This document shows positions 49,513 to 61,000 of a DNA stretch of 64,000 nucleotides, piece by piece. The stretch lies in the NCBI GenBank assembly GCA_964016885.1, contig OZ024741.1:20646001-20710000 (forward strand), read 5' to 3'. The notes beneath the pieces are model-generated. The model searched no databases and had not been told where the DNA came from. It saw only the letters and a program-made list of their open reading frames with translations. Made by a program: the position numbers and the translations under genes. Source of the DNA: Eledone cirrhosa (taxonomy: Eukaryota). The number at the start of each line of letters is the position of its first letter. Within the stretch, counting starts at the first letter, position 1.

Positions 49513-50768
49513 AGATTTGCTATATGTAGAGTCTACTCCATCAACTCCAGTAATTCTGATAAATGAAAAAGAAAAACAAATTTTAAAATCTCTCTATTTT
49601 CATTCCCTCAACAGTTTTGATTCCTATTTTTTCCATCCCATTGTAAAATTTAATGAACGTTTATAATAATCGTATTCCACTTACATTTTGTTTTTAACTT
49701 TCTTGCTAGAGATATATTATCATAGTGTATGGCATTATATCAGTCATTAGATGAGATTTGTTACATATAAACAACACAAAGATAGAACTATAATTGGTGG
49801 AATATCTTTTACAACATGTAGATAACAGCAAACACCACCCTGCGCCACCCATCAAACTGCTACTACCTTTCCTACTCTCACAGCAGTTACACTCATAGCT
49901 TATATATATACTTATATACATATATATCATCATCGGTGGATGTTAAATGATGATGATATACAGGATGACTTTTGAGACACCTGTGTATATGTATATAGAT
50001 ATAGATATAGATAGATAGATATTCATATGGTGTTGACAGGCCCAGGAATGAGTACTCAAGTAGAGTTTAATAGTATTCTTTATTAAGGCTAGGTGATGTT
50101 TGCACCCAACTCCTCAACACCTAATCTTTTTCTAATATATATATTATAAAAAGTGCTTTGTACAAGATTTAAGCTCAATTGGTCTATATTAAGGTATCCT
50201 CCAATGGCTCTAGGGTTTCAAATTTCACCAATAATTGCTATTTCTTTCATAAAACTCTTTTCATTTCATTTTCAAACTTTGTGAAAACAATCAGTAACCA
50301 CAAAGCATAATCAAAAAAATTTATTTCCAACAAATTTTCTTCAAACCATTATTTACATAAACTAAAAATTAGCCAAGATATTGAGCTTATATAGTCCATA
50401 GAACTTTACAGAACTTTCCAGAAAAGTTTTTTTATGCCCTTAGATATCAATTCTGGTTTTAAGTATTAATGGTTATAATAAAATTTATTGTAAATTATAT
50501 TCATTTTTTATCATAATCTATATTTGTTTTAAAAAACAAAATATTGTAAAGAAAATAAAAAAATTATTTTATATGATAAATATGACTATTGTTAAAATCT
50601 TTTATTTAACTACAGGTGGATTGGAAGAATTATTAGAATGTCTGACAAAATACCTGTGGTATTTGTTTTGACTCTGAATTCAAATTCTGCTGGGGTCAAC
50701 TAGGAGTCAATAAGATCAATAAGATCAACCAGTCAATTAACTGGAGTCAATTTAATGTTCCTGTACAG

Positions 50769-51247
50769 CAGAGGTTCTTAAGGTGGACGCTACCCTCAGA
50801 GGAGAGAAAGTCCGGTGGGGCGCTGCCGCCTAAGGGGGCAGTAGAGATGATATAATAGTATATTAAATATCAAATGATACATATTATATATAAATAAGGG
50901 CGGTGGATTGGCAGTATCAGTAGAGAGTTGGACGCCATGCTTTCTAGCACAGTTACGTCCCTTTACAGTCCGAGTTCAAATCCCGCCGAGGTTAACTTTG
51001 CCTTTCATCCTTACGGGGTCGATAAAATAAAGTACCAGTAATGTACTGGGTAATTGCTGGCCTTGTGCCAAATGTAGAAACAATTATATATAAATAGAGT
51101 AAATTAAAAGATATATATTTATTTATACATAGTATATATTATATTATTTACAATTTACGTGTAGGTAGTTCTCTCTGAAGATAGGGGGGGAGGGGGTATT
51201 ACATGGCCATGAGGGGAGCGGTGGTCCCAAAAGTTTGAGAACCTCTG
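50769..51247. mobile_element. hAT-type MITE with a nested SINE
   Basis: TIRs CAGAGGTTCT ... AGAACCTCTG, with an imperfect 8-bp TSD (ctgtacag / ctgtaaat). Confidence 0.7.
50897..51082 (+). mobile_element. Full-length tRNA-derived SINE
   Basis: A-box-like TGGCAGTATCAG, B-box GTTCAAATCC, central gcctttcatccttacggggtcgataaaa. Exact 14-bp TSD ATTATATATAAATA at 50883-50896 and 51083-51096. Confidence 0.88.
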
Positions 51248-52068
51248 CTGTAAATCATCCTAGATGTAAATGGAATCGATGTATATAAAACAATTAACTT
51301 CCATTTGTTGTCTGTTGATGTAACAGGAAGACAGTTTCTGCCTTTTATTGATTTCAAATTCAAACAGAACCAACTTTATCTGTCATACCTCCAAGGAAGG
51401 TCAATGATATCAAATAGCAATAATATGCTGGGGTGATTGAATCAACATCAGTACTATCTATATTTTATAAAAGGTGGCTATATATATATATATTTATATA
51501 TAAAGCCACCTTATATATTTATATGTAGGTATATATATATATATTTATGCATGTATGTATGGTGTGTATATATATATAACCCATCCAAACATGGAAAAGA
51601 GACATTAAACAACAATAATTAATATCAATGCCATTAATCTCTGTATGTAGTATAACTAAGTTAATGGCATGAGAAATTATTCAGTTGTGTGTTGTGTGTG
51701 GATTTAAATTTAAAATTCTCTGTTAAATTGCTAAAGCCAGTTAAGTTGTTGTTATATATTCCTCTTATTCAGTAAACCTGTTTTATAGACCAATATATCA
51801 TGTCACATTTTTGTTGGGTTGGGTCACATATTCAGATGAATTTTATGTGCTCATTAATCTATTGAAATAGTGCATTAAAAGTATTTGGCATGTGTGAATC
51901 ATCATCGTTTAATATCCATTTTCCACCTTTGAACAGGTTGTCACATTATGAGCCAAGTCAGGATCATTGAGCATGTCTTGCTCATACAAATCTGTATTTT
52001 GCTTGGTTTCTATGGCTGGCTACCTAACAGCAACCCTGTTACAGTGTATGCCTGTGATTATTGGTATT

Positions 52069-52490
52069 GTGAGTTTTATATTAAATAATAATAATTGTTT
52101 CTACTTTTAGCACAAGGCCAGCAATTATTCAGTACATTACTGGTACTTTATTTTATCGACCCCGTAAGGATGAAAGGCAAAGTTAACCTTGGCGGGATTA
52201 ACTTTGCCTTTCATCCTTATTCATATTAAATAATAATAATACCAATAATATTTGATTTGTTTGCAAGCAAACAGCCTCATAACACTGTGTTTTAGACAAC
52301 TATTGTCATACTTATGTTCTAGTGGTGGTAGAGAGAAACAATTGTCAATTGTTTTGGGGTTATTGCTCCTTGTCAAGATTGTCAAAAGGATGACAATAGC
52401 CGCCTAAAACACATGGTGTTATGAGGCTGTTTGTTTCAAACGAATCAAATATTAATAGTATTATTATCATAATATTTGATATAAAACCCA
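52069..52490. mobile_element. Foldback/long-TIR MITE interrupted by a SINE
   Basis: 52235-52312 is the imperfect reverse complement of 52387-52468. The pairing extends to 52069-52095 versus ~52460-52490. Confidence 0.65.
52096..52222 (-). mobile_element. 5'-truncated SINE with terminal fold-back
   Basis: 18-bp TSD atattaaataataataat at 52078-52095 and 52223-52240. Confidence 0.8.
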
Positions 52491-53221
52491 TGAATGCATT
52501 TACATATCTGCTATGCTAGACCAAAAATAAATTTTGTTTTTTATTGGTATTGTATTTAAGTATTTACTAAATTTTATCCTGTATTTGTAAGAACAAGTAT
52601 AAATAAAATAATCTAACATTGCTAGAGTAGCTGGGACAGCATATGTTAAATATTAATAATTATGATGATGGTGATAACTTCTTGTTTTTATTTACAAATT
52701 GTTTTAATCATATATATTCATACCTTATTTAGATGTCATGTGTTTGTGTGTAACAAAGCAGAACTCCCAGCCAGTGACTTTACAGTGTATACTGGGAGTA
52801 TTTTGTTGAAGTCACGATAAAATACTCCCAGTACATACAATAAAATGGTTGGCATTAAGAAGGGTATCTTGTCATAGGGACCAAGCCAAAAATGGAGTGT
52901 ATGAGCAAGAAGTAGTCATCAGCTGGTCTAGTCTTGGTGCGTCTACCCCATGCAAGCATAGAAAATAGGTGTTAAACAGTGATTATAGTAATCAAGTTGC
53001 CATATCTATAAAGCTGTCTCTTATTTACATTAATTAATATGAAACAAAATTAAAATCATTTATAGAAGACAGTCAGTGAAAGCTCCTTTTTTGCCTTAAG
53101 AATAAAAACTTAACAATCTTAGCCCTTTTCTGATCTCTGTCTGGTGGCACTGCCGTAACTCTACAATAAAGCTTTCCATTGAACCCAGGAATGTGAAGCT
53201 GGTTGCAGCTCATAGATACTT

Positions 53222-54112
53222 ACTTCTTCTTTGGCCCCTTATTCCTGGGAGGTTGTGGAGGCAGAGTCCTCAAACAATCCTTCCAGCGGATCCTGTCAGA
53301 AGTAACTATCTCTAATTGATCCAGCTGGATCCCCAAGCAAGGCCAGCTGAGCTCATGGATATTATGCAACCATCTGGCTTGGGGTCTACCTCTTGGTCTC
53401 TTGCCAGTTGGTTTTGCATGTAAAATCTGTCTAATGATTCTTTCCTGAGACATCCTAACCACATACCCATAGTAACAAAGCTGTGATCTCTCAATTCAGA
53501 GAAGTAGTGGTTCTATCTAGAGTTACTCTCTGATCTCCAAGCTATGCACTCTATCTGATAATGTTACATTAAAGACCCTTCTGAGGAACCCCATTTCGGC
53601 CTCTTGTATTCATGATCGTATTCTTTCAGTCATTAACCCAAGATTCATGACCATAGCTAAGGGTTGGCACAAATACCAAATTGAAGATAGCGAGTTTGGC
53701 TTTTACACCTACCTCCATTCTTCTGCAGAGCTCCTGCAATTCTTGAACTTCTCTACCTGCTTCAGTGAAACTCCACATGTAGAGTGCACTGCGAAGGCTT
53801 CCTTGAAATTTGTGTGTCTCAGTCTTCACAACACTGAATTTCATTCCAACTCTTCAGCACTCTGCATCAAACCTGTCAAGTTAATTAATACTATGTCATT
53901 TGCAAGTTCTAGCCGACTAATTTTACACCTGGTAGTCATGACACCACTTCCAACGCGGCTGCACATGTCAATCCTGTACATGAAGATTATGAACAGGAGA
54001 GGTGACAGTATGCAACCTCGGCAGTACGACTCCCACATTGAATGGTTTCGATTTAGCACCATTTATCTGAGCACAAATACTAGGGCATTCATGGCTATGT
54101 CGTGCTCAATCA
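53222..54112 (-). mobile_element. Rex3/Expander-like RTE LINE, truncated and decayed
   Basis: GCILSPLLFIIFM, LANDIVL (decayed ADD), MKFSVVKTE, KAKLAIFNLVFVPTLSYGHESWV, GKRPRGRP..RW, and an (AAG)n-like tail. Confidence 0.8.
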
Positions 54113-54759
54113 GTTCTGTATGAGCAAGACGAAGTCACCTGACCTGGCATTGCCCACAACAGGACAACTCGTTTAATCCATTCTAGCGTAAAACAGTGGT
54201 GGTGATGATGATGATTAACCTAATGAAATTCCCTCTATTTCAATTAATTTGGGAGGTGTTTAGTAAAATCCTTATTTTGCTAAGACAATAATGTAACATG
54301 GATATAAAATTATGTTGAAAAATGTAGGGTTAAAGAGAAACCGTTTAAAATAGGTGGCGTTGTTTGTTAGAACTGGGGGTGGGGGGTATCAAAAGCAGTC
54401 AAGATTCAGGAAAATATAAATGGATATTAGTGTTGAATTCTCAGTTACGTAAAAACTAGTTATTGAAGGGGAGGGGGTGCATACATACCACAGATAGTCT
54501 TTATCTGACTTAGTAAAGTTTAGAATGTTGGCTAACAAAACAGTCTTTTGGTCTTTTTGTTTTTATAGCTTAGTCAAAAATAGTAAGGTCATTGCCCTTG
54601 GTCCTTTTCAAGGCCTCAGTCTTTGGTGAGAGTTTTTATTGGACCAGAAACATGACTCCAATTGCTATTGATACATCTTCTCTAGTGACTAGTAACGTCC
54701 ACTAGCCAGGTGGTGGTGTTAAATTGGGTGCTGGACTATGTCTAGTTCAATTATAAAAA

Positions 54760-54950
54760 TAATTGTTTCTATGTTTGGCACAAGGCCAGCAATTACCCAG
54801 TGCATTACTGGTACTTTATTTGATCGACCCCGTAAGGATGAAAGGCAAAGTTAAACTCGGCGGGATTTGAACTCAGACCATAAAGGGCCGTAACTCTTTG
54901 CTGCAAAGCATGGCGTCCGACCCTCTACTGATACTGCCAATCCACCGCCC
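54760..54950 (-). mobile_element. Full-length tRNA-derived SINE
   Basis: Reverse complement of 50897-51082. Confidence 0.85.
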
Positions 54951-55082
54951 TAAAAAATAATAACAATTGTTGAGTTGCATTCTCTGGTACCTTTGACTAT
55001 TCTGGTTTCTTTCCAGAAATATAGGTTTTCTCTTTATGTCATTCACAGCCATCATCATTATTATTATTATATTGGCTACAAA

Positions 55083-55302
55083 AGGGCAGCAGGTTGGCAG
55101 TTTTGGTAGAGGGTCGGGCGCCATGCTTTGCAGCATGGAGCCATGGCCCTTTACGTTCTGAGTTCAAATCTCGCTGAGGTTAGCTTTGCTTTTCATCCTT
55201 GCGAGGTCGATAAAATATAACACCAATAATGCATTAGGATCAATTTAATCAACATTTCTCTCCCAAAAAATTGCTGGCCTTGTGTCTAAATCAGAAACCA
55301 TT
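55083..55302 (+). mobile_element. tRNA-derived SINE, longer variant
   Basis: Same head (B-box GTTCAAATC) and centre as 50897-51082, with an extra segment before ttgctggccttgtg. Confidence 0.8.
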
Positions 55303-56096
55303 ATATTAGCTACAAAACCACTGAATATGAGTCCCCTCCTAATATAAAACAAATGGACCAATAAATCAAATCCTAACTCATTAACATATATTTATGTATG
55401 TACTAATGTATGCACACTCATAAAGGGCTTATGAGAAGGGTGTTCAGCCAATATATTGATTGGAGGAAGGAGTCCATGAATATTTGGAATTGATCCCTAA
55501 AACACTTCAATAACCCTTGAATGTTGAGCCTTGTGGAGAAGCTGGAAGCAGATTTGTTTTGCCTTGCAAAATTTCTCTCAAAATGTGTGTGTATATATGG
55601 GACTACTCGGCTCCCAAACTATGGTTCTGCTGTGAGCAGGGTATGGTGTGGCCAACGGGTCTGCCCTCCCCACTCAAAACAGTGCCATCCAGTTCCACAC
55701 TGTAAATGTGGTTGGTGTTAGAAAGGGCATCCAGCTGTAAAAATCCCGGCCTAATTTACAGTTCCGTCTGAGAAAGGTGCAGCGCAACCAACTGGCTAAA
55801 CTTGTCTCATGACCGATCTAACCCATGCAAGCATGGGAAATGGATGTTAGATGGTGATGATGATGACAATGATATATATATCCATATGTATGAAGAATAT
55901 ACATTTATATATAAATAATGTGTGTATATCATCATCATTGTCATTTTAACGCCCTCTTTCCCTGCAAGCAAGGGTTGGACAGGTCTATATAGATCAAGTC
56001 AATACTGAAGTGGGGCCACTGATATTCCAGACAGACCAGGGATCTGTGTCTTGCTTTATATACAGTCAACGCTCCACTGAGTGCACAGGAAAAGTT

Positions 56097-56378
56097 GTCA
56101 TGGCTTTGACACAACTGAGGGTCCTCCCTACCCTTTTGTTTGGCAAGATTTCTGCGGCTAGATGTCCTTCCTATCACCAACACTAAGGAGGCTGTCATGT
56201 CCTTGACACAACTGAGGGTCCTCCCTACCCTTTTGTTTGGCAAGATTTCTGCGGCTAGATGTCCTTCCTATCACCAACACTAAGGAGGCTGTCATGTCCT
56301 TGACACAACTGAAAGGTCCTCCCAACTCTTGTCTTGCAAGCTTTCTGTGACTGGATACCCTTCCTGTCACCAACCACT
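56097..56378. repeat. 97-bp local tandem repeat (~3 copies) of an RTE 3'-UTR-like segment
   Basis: gtcatg..tgacacaactga recurs at 56097, 56194 and 56291. Confidence 0.85.
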
Positions 56379-56962
56379 TTATAGTGTGCCTATTGTATAG
56401 ATCACCAAACTCTAGAGAGGTTGCCATGTCTTTGTAGAATATAAAATAAAAAATGAAATGATTTAACCGAACAATCAACTTTCCTGAAATATTCTGTACA
56501 TCAATCAGAAGACATGTATTAACATTCTATTGAAATAAAACAGAGTCTGGTGAAATCAATGTTGTTTCTATGTTTTTCTATATGAATTCTTTCTGATAAT
56601 TGAATATAAGCTGAGGAATATGTGACCAAAGAATTGATGATGGAAGGTTGATTTATATACACCATCTAGATATAATGTTTGATTAGCGGCCTCAGCTTGT
56701 AAACAGGGTTTGGATTTTGCCTATTTCTCAGATGGCAGGGTCAGCTTATATTCAAGTATATATGGAATATTTTAAAACTAATGATAGCTAATTGTTATAT
56801 ACTATTGAACAGTTGCTATCTAGGGGACCTAATTAACAGTGGTGGGAGTTGCTTTGAAAGCATGGTAGCTAGAACAAGAACTGGCTGGAAAAGGTTTAGG
56901 GAGTTACTACCTTTGCTGACAATAAAGGGATTTTTTTCTATGGATGAAGGGTAGATTGTATG

Positions 56963-57222
56963 ATCTAAAATCTGTCTCAAGCTTAGAGGCTTGTCAGGCT
57001 GGTGCTTATCCCAGTTTCGTGGTATGAAGTGATTGAGAGTACAATACTCCCTCCTGGACAGGATGCCAATAGATTGCTGGTACTCATTGTCAGCTGAGTA
57101 TACTGGAACAATGTGAAATGAAGTGTTTTGCACAAGAACACAACATGCAACTGAGCCCAGGAATTGAACCTACGATATGATTGCAAGTCCAACATCCTTA
57201 CCACTAGGCCACGCATCTCCAC
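56963..57222 (-). mobile_element. tRNA-derived CORE-like SINE with a different tail
   Basis: 10-bp TSD AGATTGTATG at 56953-56962 and 57223-57232. A-box TGGCCTAGTGG and B-box GTTCAATTC. Confidence 0.85.
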
Positions 57223-57404
57223 AGATTGTATGGTGCATTTGTGAAAAGTGTAATGTTACATGGCATTAAGATCTGGGCTGTAAATGTAGAGAATGTATGG
57301 AGGATGGAGAGAAGTGTAGCAAGCATGATCCATGGAATGTATAATGTTAGTATGCATAGATGAACTAAGTGAAAAGCTGAGTATAAGAGAAATGAGATGT
57401 AGTG

Positions 57405-57712
57405 TCATCATCATTATCATCACCGTTTTACGTCCGTTCTTCCACGTTAGCATGGATTAGACGGGTTGTCCTGTTGTGGGCAGTGTCTGATCGGCTGACC
57501 ATGCCTTGCTCATACAGGAACTGATTTGGCTTGGTTTCTACAGCTGGATGCCCTTCCTAACACCAACCTCATTTACAGTGAGTGCTGGGTACTTTTTTTC
57601 CGTGGCGCCTACACGTCCACTTTACAGTGTGGGCTGGGTGCTTTTTTTCCGTGGCACCTCCACGACCACCTTGCGGTGGGGGCATATTGTCTATATGCTT
57701 CAGCTTGTACCC
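57405..57712 (-). mobile_element. 3' UTR and tail of the young RTE family
   Basis: Close reverse complement of ~25880-26198. Confidence 0.9.
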
Positions 57713-58060
57713 AAGTCTACACTGATTCCGACGTGTGGTGCATAAGGATGAGAAACACGGGTTAAGAAGTACCACTGATAAAAGACCAAGGAAAAACTGA
57801 GAAGAGGTAGTGGGGGCTGATCTCAAAACAAGAAGACCAAGAAAAAGCTGGGCTGATCTCAAAACACAGAAATGGAGATGATGAAGAGACACTACACATG
57901 GACGAAGGTTGTGCTGAAAGCAACCTGTCCAACCCATGCAAACATTAAGATGATATAGAGAACAAATCTCCTAACAAGCTTCATCTATTAGTTACTATTG
58001 TCAACTATAGCCTTTCCACATCATTTCCCTTACATTAACTCTAAATGCCCCTGTATGAGT

Positions 58061-61000
58061 GTGGAACTTGGAGAGTGAAGACCAGCTAAGACAACCAATT
58101 AGATGGTGGAACCTGGGGTGTGCAGACCAGCTAAGACAACCAATTAGATGGAACTTAGAGAGTGAAGACCAGCTAAGACAACCAATTGGATGGTGGAATT
58201 TGGAGAGTGAAGACCAGCTAAGACAACCAATTAGATGGTGGAACTTGCAGAGTGAAGACCAGCTAAGACAGCCAATTAGATGGTGGAACTTAGAGGGTGA
58301 AGACCAGCTAAGACAACCAATTAGATGGTAGAACTTGGGGAGTGAAGACCAGCTAAGACAACCAATTAGATGGTGGAACTTAGAGGGTGAAGACCAGCTA
58401 AGACAACCAATTAGATGATGGAACTTGGGGAGAGAAGACCAGCTAAGACAACCAATTAGATGGTGGAACTTGGGGAGAGAAGACCAGCTAAGACAACCAA
58501 TTAGATGGTGGAACTTGGGTAGAGAAGACCAGCTAAGACAACCAATTAGATGGTGGAACTTGGGGAGTGAAGACCAGCTAAGACAACCAATTAGATGGTG
58601 GAACTTGGAGAGAGAAGACCAGCTAACAAAACCAATTAGATGGTGGAACTTGGAGAGTGAAGACCAGCTAAGATAACCAATTAGATGGTGGAACTTGGGG
58701 ACTGAAGACCAGCTAAGACAACCAATTAGATGGTGGAACTTGGGGAGTGAAGACCAGCTAAGACAACGAATTAGATGGTGGAACTTGGAGAGTGAAGACC
58801 AGATAAGACAACCAATTAGATGGTGGAACTTGGGGGCTGAAGACCAGCTGAGACAACCAATTAGATGTTGGAACTTGGGGAGTGAAGACCAGCTAAGACA
58901 ACCAATTAGATCGTGGAACTTGGGGACTAAAGTCCAGTTAAGACAACCAATTAGATGGTGGAACTTGGGGAGTGAAGACCAGCTAAGACAACCAATTAGA
59001 TGGTGGAACTTGGGGAGTGAAGACCAGCTAAGACAACCAATTAGATGGTGGAACTTGGGGAGTGAAGACCAGCTAAGACAACCAATTAGATCGTGGAACT
59101 TGGGGACTGAAGACCAGCTAAGACAACCAATTAGATGGTGGAGCCTGGAGAGTGAAGACCAGCTAAGACACCCAATTAGATGGTGGAACTTGGGGTGTGG
59201 AGACCAGCTAAGACAACCAATTAGATGGTGCAATTGGGGAAGGAAGACCAGCTAAGACAACCAATTAGATGGTGGAACTTGGAGTGTGAAGACCAGCTCA
59301 GACAACCAATTAGATGGTGGAACTTGAGGAGTGAAGACCAGCTAAGACAACCAATTAGATTGTGGAACTTGGGGAGTGAAGACCAGCTAAGACAACCAAT
59401 TAGATGGTGGAACTTGGGGAGTGAAGACCAGCTAAGACAACCAATTAGATGGTGGAACTTGGGGAGTGAAGACCAGCTAAGACAACCAATTAGATTGTGG
59501 AACTTGGGGAGTGAAGACCAGCTAAGACAACCAATTAGATGGTGGAACTAGGAGAGTGAAGACCAGCTAAGACAACCAATTAGATGGTGGAACTTAGAGG
59601 GTGAAGACCAGCTAAGACAACCAATTAGATGGTAGAACTTGGGGAGTGAAGACCAGCTAAGACAACCAATTAGATGGTGGAACTTAGAGGGTGAAGACCA
59701 GCTAAGACAACCAATTAGATGATGGAACTTGGGGAGAGAAGACCAGCTAAGACAACCAATTAGATGGTGGAACTTGGGGAGAGAAGACCAGCTAAGACAA
59801 CCAATTAGATGGTGGAACTTGGGTAGAGAAGACCAGCTAAGACAACCAATTAGATGGTGGAACTTGGGGAGTGAAGACCAGCTAAGACAACCAATTAGAT
59901 GGTGGAACTTGGAGAGAGAAGACCAGCTAACAAAACCAATTAGATGGTGGAACTTGGAGAGTGAAGACCAGCTAAGATAACCAATTAGATGGTGGAACTT
60001 GGGGACTGAAGACCAGCTAAGACAACCAATTAGATGGTGGAACTTGGGGAGTGAAGACCAGCTAAGACAACGAATTAGATGGTGGAACTTGGAGAGTGAA
60101 GACCAGATAAGACAACCAATTAGATGGTGGAACTTGGGGGCTGAAGACCAGCTAAGACAACCAATTAGATGTTGGAACTTGGGGAGTGAAGACCAGCTAA
60201 GACAACCAATTAGATCGTGGAACTTGGGGACTGAAGTCCAGTTAAGACAACCAATTAGATGGTGGAACTTGGGGAGTGAAGACCAGCTAAGACAACCAAT
60301 TAGATGGTGGAACTTGGGGAGTGAAGACCAGCTAAGACAACCAATTAGATGGTGGAACTTGGGGAGTGAAGACCAGCTAAGACAACCAATTAGATCGTGG
60401 AACTTGGGGACTGAAGACCAGCTAAGACAACCAATTAGATGGTGGAGCCTGGAGAGTGAAGACCAGCTAAGACACCCAATTAGATGGTGGAACTTGGGGT
60501 GTGGAGACCAGCTAAGACAACCAATTAGATGGTGCAATTGGGGAAGGAAGACCAGCTAAGACAACCAATTAGATGGTGGAACTTGGAGTGTGAAGACCAG
60601 CTCAGACAACCAATTAGATGGTGGAACTTGGGGAGTGAAGACCAGCTAAGACAACCAATTAGATTGTGGAACTTGGGGAGTGAAGACCAGCTAAGACACC
60701 CAATTAGATGGTGGAACTTGGGGTGTGGAGACCAGCTAAGACAACCAATTAGATGGTGCAATTGGGGAAGGAAGACCAGCTAAGACAACCAATTAGATGG
60801 TGGAACTTGGAGTGTGAAGACCAGCTCAGACAACCAATTAGATGGTGGAACTTGGGGAGTGAAGACCAGCTAAGACAACCAATTAGATTGTGGAACTTGG
60901 GGAGTGAAGACCAGCTAAGACAACCAATTAGATGGTGCAATTGGGGAAGGAAGACCAGCTAAGACAACCAATTAGATGGTGGAACTTGGAGTGTGAAGAC

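Larger units (their letters stand above)
56818..57950 (+). mobile_element. Old RTE 3' fragment interrupted by a SINE and a younger RTE tail
   Basis: YLGDL..GG..ES..ARTRTGWKRFRELLPLL at 56818-56925, continuing at 57223-57403 and 57720-57950. Confidence 0.75.
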
